The notes: a model not told the origin generated them from the sequence alone. A stretch of DNA of 64,000 nt from a bacterium (GCA_031362565.1 JANLSU010000051.1:1-64000), one strand, 5' to 3'. Numbered from the stretch's first letter, positions 1 to 12,763 are shown. Made by a program: numbers and translations.

Positions 1-643
1 AGTTCGCGCCTCCGGTGGGTGCGCTGAGCGCGCCAACATTGCGATAGCGCCAGGTCGATGACCGCCACCTCGGCACAACGCCACAACCGAAGACAGGCAA
101 CGGGCTGCAGAAAGCGCGGAATCGCTGACGGTCAACCAGCGCCGCGCTGCAACCACTTCCATAACCGATCCGGGCGCCACAGGCACACAAATGCGTGGCG
201 ACACGTGAACCTTGGCAATGAGTACCGGAGCGCGGCGCACATCGCGATCGAAGGCGAGTCAGCGGATCCGTCCACCGGCCGAATCAACACCGCACCGCCG
301 CGATACAACGACAACGTAAGTCATGGCGATGGTCGCCGCTACGGCACGCGACTCCGCGTTCGGCTAACAGGTATTCGCCCCGGCGGCGCTTGTCTGTTAC
401 GCGCGCTTTGGGGTGTTGACGTGCAAAGAGCTTACTCCTTGGGAATTGGGGGTGAAAGCGGCGATTGTCATGAGGGCTGGAGAGGGTGGCGGCGGGATTG
501 TTATCTTGCGAGCGGCAGCGTGGTAAACGCGGCTGACAATCCTGGAACGAGGCGCGGTGCCTCGGCGACCGGGGCGCGGTTTGCCCTCGTCGCCGCATCC
601 GGCAGCCGAGAACGCTTCAACCACGGCACGACCGACAACCCCG

Positions 644-3367
<2,724 letters not shown>

Positions 3368-3498
3368 CCAAGCAGTTGCGGAGGTCGAAGGGCGCGAGCC
3401 GGCACGCCGGCACGGAGCGGAGCGGCGGCGCTCGCGATGCAGTCACTGCAGTCTACGAGGCAAGGTTGCAGATGGTCAAGCCACGCGCCCGGCACGCG

Positions 3499-4602
3499 CT
3501 ACTCGACGTTCGGGTCCCAACGCGCGATGTATCGCGACGCCCGGTCGCCGGCATGATCGAAAGCGCCACCGACGAACACCGAGCCGCCCATCGAGCGCAA
3601 CGCGAACACTTGTGCCGAAAGCGCCGATCCGAGCGCCGACCACTTGACGCCATCCCAGCGGTACAAGCGGGTGCCCGTCGCCACGACAAGGCCCTGGGGG
3701 TCGGCACACAGTGCAGTGGCGTTGCCAAAGTTTTGTTCGCCCATGGACCACAGCGTTTGGCCGTCCCACCGCGCCACCGAAACCCGGAGTTCTTGGTGAT
3801 CGGGATCCAGCGCAGGAACACTGCCGGCAACGAACAGAACGCCGTCTTGCACCACGAGCGCACTGACGAAATCGCCGAACGAGGGGTTCAAAGGCACACT
3901 GCCCAGAGCCGCCCAGTCGGCGCCGTCCCAGCGCGCCAGGCCACGCACGACGCGGTGGCCGGCGACGGTAAAGTCGCCCGCCACGATCAGATCCGGTCCG
4001 TAGGCGATGAGCTGCCGCACCTTGCCGTCGACGCCGCCGCCCAGCGGCAACCAAGCAACGCCATCCCAAATCGCCAGATGCGACACCGGGTCGTTTCCAG
4101 TCATCGTGAACTCGCCGCCGGCTACGAGCTGGCCGTTATATGACGCCACCGCCAGCACGTCGTCGTCGAAACCCGCGCCGAGCGAATGCCACAACGACCC
4201 GTCCCAGGCCGCGATCGACATGGCCGGCTCGCCGCCCGCGACCGTGAACCGGCCGCCGACCACGAGCGAGCCATTCCATTCCGTGAATGCCGCCGCCGAG
4301 GCGGGGCAGTAGGTGCTCGTGCAGTCGTGACGCCGCACACCGCGCGCCAACGGCGCCCAAGCGTCACCCGTCCAGCGCGCAATTCCGAACACGTCGATAT
4401 CGCCGGCGCGCAGAAAGAGACCGCCGGCCACGAGCGAACCGTTGTACTCGGTGAGTGCGAGAACATGGCTTGTCATGCCATTGGCGTCGAAACCCGTCCA
4501 CCAGTGGGTGTGAACGCTCTCCGGAAAATCGACCCGCAAATCGTCGCAGGCCAGGAACGCAAGACTCGTGACCGCGATGAGCACGGAGAGTCTGAAACGC
4601 AT
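3499..4602 (-). CDS. Secreted lipoprotein with about 7 tandem Kelch-like beta-propeller repeats
   Basis: The internal start 'MRFRLSVLIAVTSLAFLAC' gives a signal peptide plus lipobox. About 50-aa repeats of the form LVxGGxFxxxG....IAxWDGxxWxxLGxG recur 6-7 times. The listed ORF's N-terminal extension is Arg/Cys-rich and was discarded. Confidence 0.5.
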   Translation of the reverse strand: MRFRLSVLIAVTSLAFLACDDLRVDFPESVHTHWWTGFDANGMTSHVLALTEYNGSLVAGGLFLRAGDIDVFGIARWTGDAWAPLARGVRRHDCTSTYCPASAAAFTEWNGSLVVGGRFTVAGGEPAMSIAAWDGSLWHSLGAGFDDDVLAVASYNGQLVAGGEFTMTGNDPVSHLAIWDGVAWLPLGGGVDGKVRQLIAYGPDLIVAGDFTVAGHRVVRGLARWDGADWAALGSVPLNPSFGDFVSALVVQDGVLFVAGSVPALDPDHQELRVSVARWDGQTLWSMGEQNFGNATALCADPQGLVVATGTRLYRWDGVKWSALGSALSAQVFALRSMGGSVFVGGAFDHAGDRASRYIARWDPNVE

Positions 4603-4744
4603 CGGCGCCGCCCCTTTGGGGATCGAACCCGCGCGCGACCAGACAGGGCGGGCTCGGTCGCCGCAAAGTGTACGCCCGGCCGAAAAGGGCGAGAAGCCCT
4701 CTGCGGCCGGGCGTTGGTTCAGCCCGGTCAAGGTCCGAGGACGC

Positions 4745-6595
4745 TTAGTGGCCGGTTTTCCGTGCCGCCACAGCCTTCTGTGCGGGCACGAAATCCTCGA
4801 ATACCGCTTTGCTGAGCACCTTCGGGGGCAGCATGCCCTGCGACAAGATGAAGTCGTTGAACGCCATGCGATCGAAGTCATGGCCGAGCAGGCGTTCCGC
4901 GTCCGTGCGGATTTCCAGCAGCCGCGAGTAACCGCAGAAGTACGAAGGCGCTTGGCCCGGAGCCCGGAACGTGTAGCGCTCCACTTCTTGGTTGGCCATC
5001 CCTTCGGAGAGGCAGACGTCTTCGCGCAGAATGCGATACGCCTCTTCCTTGGTCACCGTACCGGTTTGCAATCCCGGATCGAGAAACGCGCGGGCGGCGC
5101 GCAGCAACCGGTTTTGCAGGGCGCAGAGTTGACCATCCGCCGGCTCGTACGGCAGCATTTCGGCCTCGGCGTACAACGCCCAGCCTTCGACGTTGGTGCT
5201 GTTCATGGCGAACAGGGTGCGCGCCAACGACACACCGTGCTCGATGTTGGCCGCGAACTGCAGTTCGTGACCCGGGCGGCCTTCGTGCGCCGTCAGCGTC
5301 CATGAATCGGCGGCGAACGTAAAGTCATCGAGCTGCATCTCTTTGCCACCGGCGCCCTGATTGCGAAGCGGCAGCACGAACTCGCCCATTTCGCCCGTAT
5401 TGCCGATCATGCGCGGCGGGTGCATGTTGGGCGCCGGCGTTGCGGCAGCCTCGGCTTCGGATGCGATGCGCATGCGCATCTCGCGAGCCGGCAACGTCAC
5501 GATGCGCTCGCGGCGAATGATCGCCTCGAGGTCCTTGATGCGCCCCTGGTAGTGGGTCAGAATCGCATCGCCGGTAAGTTGATCCTTCTTCAATTCAGCA
5601 ATCACGGCGCGATAGTCGGTGACGGTGTAGCCCTTTTGCTTGGCAACCGTCGGTGCGAGCACCTGCATCTGGGTGCGGATCTCGGCGAAAGACGTCTTGG
5701 CCCGCGACTGGAGTTCGTCCACCGGCATGTCGATGCCGCTCTGCCGCAACGCCAGCGTGTACAGCTCCGGCGGCTGGCGGAAGTCCTCACGCGCCCGCGG
5801 CATGATTTCCTTGCGCACGAAGTCATCGTAGGCCGCGAACTGCTGCTTGAGTGCGGCGTACGGCGCTTCGTAGCCAGCGATTTGGAACTTCTGGCAGAGC
5901 TGGCCGATGCCGTCGACATACTTCTGGCACGTCACCAGATTCTTCTCGACTTCGGCTTTCACTGGTCCCAAAAGCTCGCGATTGGCGAGGCGCTCGCGGG
6001 TGCGGTCCATGGCGAGTTTCGAGAACGGCTCGTAACCCGTCTCGAGCCCCGCATAGCGTTTGAGCCGCGTGACGACCGCCGGCCGCCGGCTCGCGTCGAC
6101 CTGCTCGTCGAGGAGCGCGCGGACTCCGAAGAACGTTGTTTCCGCCACATTGAAATACGGCAGGAGATACTTCTGCTGCGCGTCGGCGTCGGCGATGAAA
6201 TCCGAGGCGGCCTGGATCATGATGTCCAGGTCCTGCTTCACGAGCGCATCCTTCTCGGCCGCGGCGCGTTTCTGCAACTCGCTGCGCGCATCGACGAGGC
6301 TTTTCCGCGAGCGCTCGGCGATCTTCGGCTTGAGGTCCGAAATCTGATCGTCCACGCCTTCGACCCCGAATTGCCCCGCGAACTCCGGAACGTACTTCGA
6401 GAGCGCCTGCAACATGACCTGGGCGTGGTCGTTGCTGCGGGCGATCCAGGCAGGCGCCGCGGTGGGCTTCGGACCGCCGCCGGTGCTGGTTTGTGCGGCC
6501 GCCGGCAAGGCCCCGAGTGCAGCAAGGGCGAGAACGGCGGCAAGCGTCGCTGCACCGCAGCGGCGCGGGACAAGCGAAGTTCGGGCGAAGATCAA
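4745..6595 (-). CDS. DUF885-family exported protein (putative metallopeptidase-like)
   Basis: 616 aa with an N-terminal signal peptide (AAVLALAALGALPAAAQ). The motif 'HEGRPGHELQ' matches the DUF885 HExxPGHHxQ signature as I recall it. The TTG start is preceded by AAGGAGG at a 5-nt spacing. Confidence 0.55.
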   Translation of the reverse strand: MIFARTSLVPRRCGAATLAAVLALAALGALPAAAQTSTGGGPKPTAAPAWIARSNDHAQVMLQALSKYVPEFAGQFGVEGVDDQISDLKPKIAERSRKSLVDARSELQKRAAAEKDALVKQDLDIMIQAASDFIADADAQQKYLLPYFNVAETTFFGVRALLDEQVDASRRPAVVTRLKRYAGLETGYEPFSKLAMDRTRERLANRELLGPVKAEVEKNLVTCQKYVDGIGQLCQKFQIAGYEAPYAALKQQFAAYDDFVRKEIMPRAREDFRQPPELYTLALRQSGIDMPVDELQSRAKTSFAEIRTQMQVLAPTVAKQKGYTVTDYRAVIAELKKDQLTGDAILTHYQGRIKDLEAIIRRERIVTLPAREMRMRIASEAEAAATPAPNMHPPRMIGNTGEMGEFVLPLRNQGAGGKEMQLDDFTFAADSWTLTAHEGRPGHELQFAANIEHGVSLARTLFAMNSTNVEGWALYAEAEMLPYEPADGQLCALQNRLLRAARAFLDPGLQTGTVTKEEAYRILREDVCLSEGMANQEVERYTFRAPGQAPSYFCGYSRLLEIRTDAERLLGHDFDRMAFNDFILSQGMLPPKVLSKAVFEDFVPAQKAVAARKTGH

Positions 6596-6618
6596 GACTT
6601 CCTCCTTAGTAGTACCAA

Positions 6619-6653
6619 GCGCGCGAAGCGCGCGCGGAGTCCGGCGCCTTTTT
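6619..6653. other. GC-rich hairpin (GCGCGCG-AAG-CGCGCGC) plus T5 in the tricorn/DUF885 intergenic spacer
   Basis: There is a perfect 7-bp stem with a 3-nt loop at 6619-6635, followed by GGCGCC and TTTTT at 6649-6653. On the coding (minus) strand the U-run precedes rather than follows the stem, so it is not a clean intrinsic terminator. Confidence 0.25.
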
Positions 6654-6745
6654 ACTCACTCCCGTACGAATCCCACCGCCCCCAGGTTCCCCTCGGGGCC
6701 TTCCCCCCCAACACGAACTCCACCCCTCAAAGGTTCCATCCGGCC

Positions 6746-9700
6746 TCAGTTCGACCGCACCGGATCTGCCGGCCGGGCCGGCAGCTTCATCGGATGCTCG
6801 CGCATCGCCTTCAGCACTTCCTCGACGCCGCGCTCGAGCTGCGGATCGTGCCCCGCCAGCACCGACTTGGGGTCGTTCTCCACAACAATATCGGGGTCGA
6901 CGCCGTGGCCTTCCACGACCCAGTCGCCGTTCACAGCGTTGGTGCCGAACTCCGGCACGTTGACCGTGCCGCCATCGATGAGGGGGCCACGATTCGTGAT
7001 CCCCACGACACCACCCCACGAGCGCTTGCCGATGAGCGGCCCGAGTTTGGCTTGGCGGAACATGTACGGGAAGATGTCGCCGTCGCTCGACGAGTTCTCG
7101 TCCAGCAGGCAGACCTTGGGGCCGTAGAGCATCGTCCCGGGGTAGGTGTTCGGCTGGGTGTCGTCGCGCGAGAACCGCGTCCCCAGCAGTTCGCGCCGCA
7201 GCCGTTCGATGATCATCTGTGACACGTTGCCGCCGCCGTTACTGCGCACGTCGACAACGAGGGCCTCCTTGTCCACCTGCGGATAGAAGGTCTTGATGAA
7301 CTCGCGAATGCCGTTCCCGCCCATGTCCGGAATATGGATGTAGGCGACCTTGCCACCGGTGAGCTGGTTGACCCGTTCTTTGTTGGTCAGAACGTAGTCC
7401 AGATAGAGAAGATCGGTTTCACTGGTGATCGGCTTGTACGTGACTTGGCGCCCTCCGTCCATGGACGGCTTGGCATTCAGAGTCAGCGTCACCGGCCGGT
7501 CAGCCTTGAAGCGCAGCATGCGGTACGGGCTGTCGTTCCCCCGCAGTTCTTCGCCATCGATGGCCATCACGTAGTCGCCGGTGTGCGCATCGACGCCGAT
7601 TTCCGTCAGCGGCGAACGGTAGCGCTCTTCTTCATTCTGGCCGCGGAAGATCTTGTCGATGCGATACCGGCCGGCCTTCGCATCGAGCGCGAATCGGGCC
7701 CCCGGCAGCGCGACCGGCGGCCGGGGCGGATTCTGAAAATCGCCACCGGCAATGTACGTGTGCGAGTTGTTGAGCTCGCCGATCATTTCGCCGATGACGT
7801 AGTTGAGGTCGCTGCGGTGCGCGACCGAGGGCAGCAGTGCCCGGTACTGCTTCCCGAGCGCCACCCAGTCGTAGCCGTTCATGTTCTTGACGTAGAAAAA
7901 ATCGCGGTACCGGCGCCAGACTTCGTCGAACATCTGCGCCCACTCCTGGGCCGGCACGATGTCGGCCGTCATGCCGTTGGTCGCGACCGTCAACGGCGAA
8001 TCCTTGCCCTTGGGCGAGGCGTCATAGAGTTTGTAAGCGGTGTCGTGCTGCACCAGAACTTTCAGTCCATTGCGCGACACCGAGTAGGCGATCGCATTTT
8101 CGCAGAGCGTCGACTCCTTGCGGGTCTTCAGATCGAAGAGCCGCAGTTCCGGGCGCTTGACCGAATCGCGTCCATAATATCCGGGCCAGCTCTTGAGGTA
8201 TGAGAGCTGTCCGGATTGCACCGCCAGGGACGAGTAGTCGTCGGCCGGCACGGGCACTTGCGCGATGCGGGCAGCGAGGCCGTCGAAATCGATCTTGACC
8301 GCCTTTAGATCGTCGGTCTTGTTGCCGGATTTCGCGTCGCTCTTCGCATCATCCTTCTTCTTGCTATCCTTCTTTTCCTTCGCGTCCGCGGCCCCGGATG
8401 CGGTGGCGTCCTTGCCGGTCTCGGTCGACACCTCGTCGCTCTCGGGCGGGAACGGATGTTTGACATCCTTCCGCAACGCCACCGCGAACAACCCGGTCAT
8501 GCGGTCGGTTGCGAAGTTGAACTCGATGGTCGACAACTGTGGTTCGTACTGCCGGTCCGACAAGAAAAAGAGATAGTTGCCATCCGGGTCCCACGCCGGG
8601 TTCGCGGCGTTGAACAGGACATCGGTGACGCGGTTCAGCTTGCCATCCGCCACGCCCCAGATCCAGACCGACCGGAGACCGTTGTCGTTCGACAGCGTAA
8701 ACGCCAGCCACTGGCCGTCGGACGACCACGTGTAGTCGCGGATTTGGTCGTGCTGATCGTCGGCAACCTCCTGCATTCGCTTGCTGTCCAACGTGAACAC
8801 GAACAGCTTGCCGTCCTTGTCGGCAAAAGCGAGCCGCTTGCCGTCGGGCGACCAGTCGGGCGCAAAGCGCATCAGCGCGCCGTTTGTGGTGAGGCGCTCC
8901 GGCACGCCGGCACCGTCCTGTTTCGCCACGTAGATTTCGTCCTCGCCGGAGGTGTCCGACATCCAGGCGATCCGCTTGCCATCCGGGGACCAACGGGCCC
9001 ATTTCTCATGCGCGGTCGACGTGCGGGTGAGATTGCGGGTCGGGCCTTTTTCGCTTGGCAGTGTGAACACGTCGCCGCGCGCCACGAACACCGCGCGCTC
9101 GCCCTTCGGCGACAAATCGAAGTCTTCGATCAGCTTGTCGACCACGGCGTGCGACGGTCGCATCGCGACACCGTCGTTGGGCACGAAGATCCGCACCGGC
9201 TGCGACGCCCCACTCTTGACGTCGAGAATCTGCAGCTCACCGTTCAGCTCGTACACGATACGGCCTTGCTCGTCGTCGCTTGGCCACCGCACGTCGTAAA
9301 CCTTCTCGTGGGTCACCTGCGTGGCGGTTCTTTGCAGCAGATCATAGAAATACAGATTCAGGTGCCCGTCACGATCCGAGTTGAAGTAGATCCGATCGCC
9401 AATCCACATGGGGTCGCGATCGGTGCGCGGGCTGGCGGCGATTTTTTCGGTGGTCGCGGTCGCCAAGTCGAAAATATAGAGATCCTGCTGCCAGCCGCCT
9501 TGGTAACGCTTCCAGGTGCGGAAGTCGCGCGCCGTCGGGTTGTAGGCCACCTTCGTCTCGTCGGGCGAAAAGTCGGCGGCGCCCGATACGGGCATGGGCA
9601 GCGGTTTGGGCAGGCCGCCGTCGACCGGCACCAAGTACTGCTTCGTTTCGGACTGCACCCAGTTGTCGTACATCGATCGTACGACGACGTTCTTGCCATC

Positions 9701-10084
9701 GCGCGTCCAGCCGTAGACCTGGTTGTCGTAGCCCCAGCGCGGCGCCAGCGGTCCGCGCGCCGGATAGAAGGTCAGCTGGCGCGGTGCGCCACCGGTTGCC
9801 GGCACGACGTAGACCTGTTCGTCGCCGTCGTACTGGCCGGTGAACGCGACCCATTGGCCGTCCGGCGAAAACTTCGGGCACACTTCCAACCCCGGGTGCG
9901 CGGTGAGGCGCGTCGCCGCGCCACCCGCGGTCGGGGCGATCCACAGGTCGCCCGCGTTACAGAACACGATCTTGTCCCCACCAATATCGGGGAAACGCAA
10001 CAGCCGGGTCTGCGCTTCGGCGGATTGTGCCGCAAGCGCTGCACCAGCGACGCACAACGCGGCCAGCGACGGGATGCGGGACAT
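6746..10084 (-). CDS. Tricorn protease homolog (beta-propeller + PDZ + S41-type peptidase)
   Basis: About 1113 aa from the internal ATG 'MSRIPSLAALCVAGAALAAQSAEAQ' (signal peptide). The N-terminus 'LLRFPDIGGDKIVFCNAGDLWIAPTAGG...RLTAHPGLEVCPKFSPDGQWVAF' is typical of tricorn. The length and domain order fit. It contains a K/D-rich low-complexity insert. Confidence 0.75.
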   Translation of the reverse strand: MSRIPSLAALCVAGAALAAQSAEAQTRLLRFPDIGGDKIVFCNAGDLWIAPTAGGAATRLTAHPGLEVCPKFSPDGQWVAFTGQYDGDEQVYVVPATGGAPRQLTFYPARGPLAPRWGYDNQVYGWTRDGKNVVVRSMYDNWVQSETKQYLVPVDGGLPKPLPMPVSGAADFSPDETKVAYNPTARDFRTWKRYQGGWQQDLYIFDLATATTEKIAASPRTDRDPMWIGDRIYFNSDRDGHLNLYFYDLLQRTATQVTHEKVYDVRWPSDDEQGRIVYELNGELQILDVKSGASQPVRIFVPNDGVAMRPSHAVVDKLIEDFDLSPKGERAVFVARGDVFTLPSEKGPTRNLTRTSTAHEKWARWSPDGKRIAWMSDTSGEDEIYVAKQDGAGVPERLTTNGALMRFAPDWSPDGKRLAFADKDGKLFVFTLDSKRMQEVADDQHDQIRDYTWSSDGQWLAFTLSNDNGLRSVWIWGVADGKLNRVTDVLFNAANPAWDPDGNYLFFLSDRQYEPQLSTIEFNFATDRMTGLFAVALRKDVKHPFPPESDEVSTETGKDATASGAADAKEKKDSKKKDDAKSDAKSGNKTDDLKAVKIDFDGLAARIAQVPVPADDYSSLAVQSGQLSYLKSWPGYYGRDSVKRPELRLFDLKTRKESTLCENAIAYSVSRNGLKVLVQHDTAYKLYDASPKGKDSPLTVATNGMTADIVPAQEWAQMFDEVWRRYRDFFYVKNMNGYDWVALGKQYRALLPSVAHRSDLNYVIGEMIGELNNSHTYIAGGDFQNPPRPPVALPGARFALDAKAGRYRIDKIFRGQNEEERYRSPLTEIGVDAHTGDYVMAIDGEELRGNDSPYRMLRFKADRPVTLTLNAKPSMDGGRQVTYKPITSETDLLYLDYVLTNKERVNQLTGGKVAYIHIPDMGGNGIREFIKTFYPQVDKEALVVDVRSNGGGNVSQMIIERLRRELLGTRFSRDDTQPNTYPGTMLYGPKVCLLDENSSSDGDIFPYMFRQAKLGPLIGKRSWGGVVGITNRGPLIDGGTVNVPEFGTNAVNGDWVVEGHGVDPDIVVENDPKSVLAGHDPQLERGVEEVLKAMREHPMKLPARPADPVRSN

Positions 10085-10321
10085 GGTTCTCCAATCGAAC
10101 GTGAGCGGTGGGCCGACAACGTCTGGGGTGGTCGAGGTTCTTTTCCCAGGCGGGCGGCGAGTGTGCGGCGGGTGACGCGGAGCGTCAAGCCCCTCGCGGG
10201 TTTGCCGCGTGCGCCGTGTGACGTGCAGCCCGAATCGCGTCGCCCCCTTCCAAAGGTGGCAACGCATCTGCGATGCTGGGGCGATTCGGCGGCGTTGCAC
10301 CCCAAAGGGGAGTCCGAGGCG

Positions 10322-10972
10322 ATGATCACCAAACGACCACCGGCGCGCGCTTGGTTCGCGGCTGCCGGAATAGCGGTCGTGACCGGCTGCGGCGGCGCCA
10401 CGGTGACGCGCCAAGCGGTGTTACCCGACACCTGGCTCGATCCCACGTATCACACCTCGCCCACCATCGTTCCGGCAGTGGCCATCGCGCCGGCGCCGTT
10501 CACCGGTACGCTTGCCGAACGAGTCGACCAAGGCCTCGAACGCGCCATCATGGACACACCGGGCAGCCAGTTGCGCACCCAGGCCGGCACCGTGCGCCAG
10601 CGCATGAACGCCAACCGGGAGTTCGTCGGCGTGATGGACCGCATCATGAAATTGAAATACGCCCCGAAAGATTTTCCGAGCGCCAACCTGCAGAGCGTTC
10701 TCTCGATGAAGGAATTCGAAGACCTGCGCACGGCGCTCGGCGGGGCCACGATGATGCTCCTGCCGGTCGAATTCACCGTGCAGTCGACGCCCAAGAGCGC
10801 CTCGGGCCAGGCCTTGTACCGCGCCTATTCGCTCGACTCCGGCCGGCTCCTCGCACAGAAGCGCTTCGACCGCCGGGCCACCACCGGCGGCGACGCCGGC
10901 GAGCGCGAGGTCACGGTAGGACTCATCCTGGACATCCAGGACGAATTCTCGAAGCACTTGGTGGCGCAGTAA
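10322..10972 (+). CDS. Lipoprotein of unknown function
   Basis: The real start is inside listed ORF 8456..10972, whose 5' part is antisense to the tricorn gene. 'MITKRPPARAWFAAAGIAVVTGCGG' is a signal peptide plus lipobox. Confidence 0.5.
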   Translation: MITKRPPARAWFAAAGIAVVTGCGGATVTRQAVLPDTWLDPTYHTSPTIVPAVAIAPAPFTGTLAERVDQGLERAIMDTPGSQLRTQAGTVRQRMNANREFVGVMDRIMKLKYAPKDFPSANLQSVLSMKEFEDLRTALGGATMMLLPVEFTVQSTPKSASGQALYRAYSLDSGRLLAQKRFDRRATTGGDAGEREVTVGLILDIQDEFSKHLVAQ

Positions 10973-11053
10973 CCGGCGCGCTTGCTAGACTCGAACCCTC
11001 GCCGGCGCAACGTGTAACAGCCTTGGTTCGATTTACCTTCAGGAGGCCGCACG

Positions 11054-11431
11054 ATGAAGAGGTCGATCACCTGGACTACGATGGCCCTGCTCGTTCTTGG
11101 TATCGCAATCGCGGGATGCGGCAAGAAGGCCGCGACCTCGGACACGGCGAAAACGCCGAAGACCGATTCTGGAGTCGCGACGCAGGCGCCCGCCGGCGAG
11201 GTTCAACTGGCTGGCACCCTGGGGTGCGGGCATTGTGTATTCCACGCCACGTCCGACTGCGCCGCTTGCGTCAAGACGGCGGCGGGCGAGGTGTACGTGA
11301 TCGATGGCGTGAGCGAGCAATCGCCGATGTGGGAGAAGCGGCTCGAAGAAGGCCACACGATCACGGTTGCCGGCATGATCGTCGACGGCGATCCGAAGCA
11401 CATCGCCATGACGTCGTTCGAACTCAAGTAA
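11054..11431 (+). CDS. Small Cys-rich lipoprotein (CxxC motifs; possible metal- or redox-binding)
   Basis: 125 aa. The lipobox is 'LGIAIAGCGKK'. Motifs 'GCGHCVFH' and 'DCAAC' are present. Confidence 0.5.
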   Translation: MKRSITWTTMALLVLGIAIAGCGKKAATSDTAKTPKTDSGVATQAPAGEVQLAGTLGCGHCVFHATSDCAACVKTAAGEVYVIDGVSEQSPMWEKRLEEGHTITVAGMIVDGDPKHIAMTSFELK

Positions 11432-11513
11432 TGAATTCGCGCCGGCGCCGATGCGGCGCTGGCGCCACTCTTGCGACTTCGACGCCTGTTATCTCGCCAG
11501 GGAGAACTCTGCC

Positions 11514-12008
11514 GTGAGTCTCACGACCGAGCAACGCGATGATCTCATTCGCCGCTACGCGGCGGGGCCGGCGCGTTTGCGCGCCGCGCTGGCGCGGATC
11601 CCTGCGGACGCATTGCGATGGCGGCCGGAGCCCGGCAAATGGTCGGCGCACCAAGTAATCGTGCATTGCGCCGACTCCGAAACGAACGCCGCGATGCGCA
11701 TTCGCTTCGTGCTCGCCGAGAAGAGCCCGACGATCATGGGCTACGACCAAGACACATGGGCCGAAGTCCTCGACTACGAGGCGCATCCGATCGACGCGGC
11801 GCTGACGGTGATCGACGCGGTTCGCGCCAACACTCTGCCGCTCCTCCGCCGGCAGCCGGCGGCGGCGTGGATGCGCTCCGGCACGCATACTGAATCGGGA
11901 GCCTATAGTGCGGAAACGTGGCTGCAGGTGTACGCAGGCCATCTCGAAACACACACCCGCCAGTTGGAGCGCAATCTGACGGCATGGCAAGCGAGAACAA
12001 GAGCGTGA
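11514..12008 (+). CDS. DinB/YfiT-like (DinB_2 superfamily) protein
   Basis: Four-helix DinB-like pattern with His residues ('WSAHQVIVHCADSE...HLETH'). The GTG start is preceded by GGAGAA. It overlaps the next gene by 25 nt. Confidence 0.5.
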   Translation: MSLTTEQRDDLIRRYAAGPARLRAALARIPADALRWRPEPGKWSAHQVIVHCADSETNAAMRIRFVLAEKSPTIMGYDQDTWAEVLDYEAHPIDAALTVIDAVRANTLPLLRRQPAAAWMRSGTHTESGAYSAETWLQVYAGHLETHTRQLERNLTAWQARTRA

Positions 12009-12763
12009 GCCGGTCTCAAAACGTCCTCGCGGTTCTGGGCGCCTTTTTTCTCACCAACGCGCTCGTCGCCGAAATGATCGGCGGCAAGCTCATCTATGTG
12101 GGCGCGACGACGTGGCGCCTCGGCCCCTTTGGACCCTTCGCGATGTCGGTGGGTGTAATTCTGTGGCCGGTGGTGTTCGTGACCACCGACTTGGTGAACG
12201 AGTACTTCGGGCGGCGCGGCGTCCGCCGGCTGACGATTCTCGCCGCCAGCATGATCGCCTATGCCTTCGTGGCGCTCGTGCTCACCATGCAGGTGCCGGC
12301 AACGTCGTTCTCCGGCGTCGACAACGCGTCCTTCAACAAGGTGTTCGGCCAGAGCCGCTGGATCATGGTTGGATCGCTCGCCGCATTTCTAGTCTCGCAA
12401 CTCATCGATGTCATCGTCTTCCATGCCCTGCGCCGGCGCACCGGCAAGGGCATGATCTGGCTGCGATCGACGGGATCCACCGTGGTGTCCCAGCTCATCG
12501 ACAGCATTGTGGTGCTGTGGATCGGCCTCGCGATCCCTCTGCACTGGTCGCCCACCCAGTTCGCCAACGTCGCGATCCCCAACTACCTGGTAAAACTCGT
12601 CATCGCGGTGCTCATGACACCCATGATCTACCTGGGCCACTGGGTCGTGGAGCGCTACCTGGGGCACTCGGTCGCGGAAGCGCTCGCCGAAGAAGCAGCC
12701 CACGAACGCACCGCCGCCGTCCGCCCACTGCACGTCGTAGCGGATCGAACGGCCGGCCACTAG
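11984..12763 (+). CDS. Queuosine-precursor transporter family membrane protein (YhhQ/DUF165-like)
   Basis: Multi-TM protein 'VLAVLGAFFLTNALVAEMIGGKLIYVG...FVTTDLVNEYFG...VSQLIDVIVFHALRR...VSQLIDSIVVLW'. The duplicated SQLID motifs are typical of the YhhQ/QPT family. Confidence 0.6.
   Translation: MASENKSVSRSQNVLAVLGAFFLTNALVAEMIGGKLIYVGATTWRLGPFGPFAMSVGVILWPVVFVTTDLVNEYFGRRGVRRLTILAASMIAYAFVALVLTMQVPATSFSGVDNASFNKVFGQSRWIMVGSLAAFLVSQLIDVIVFHALRRRTGKGMIWLRSTGSTVVSQLIDSIVVLWIGLAIPLHWSPTQFANVAIPNYLVKLVIAVLMTPMIYLGHWVVERYLGHSVAEALAEEAAHERTAAVRPLHVVADRTAGH

Noticed and set aside
6619-6653. Intrinsic terminator for the tricorn gene
   Set aside because: On the coding (minus) strand the A-run precedes the hairpin and only 'UUGGU' follows it, so it does not satisfy the hairpin-then-U-tract rule. 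It is kept only as a hairpin of unknown role.
7334-8203. 289-aa ORF on the plus strand
   Set aside because: It lies entirely antisense to the tricorn protease gene, and its composition is Arg/Val/Asp-rich in the way high-GC shadow ORFs are. No domain signal.
8456-10321. 5' 622 codons of the 838-aa plus-strand ORF
   Set aside because: It is antisense to the tricorn gene and Arg/Gly-rich. Only the last 216 codons (10322..10972), which begin with a lipoprotein signal peptide, look real.
10273-11517. 414-aa Arg/His/Gly-rich ORF
   Set aside because: It is out of frame and overlaps two convincing lipoprotein genes. Its composition is typical of a spurious high-GC frame.
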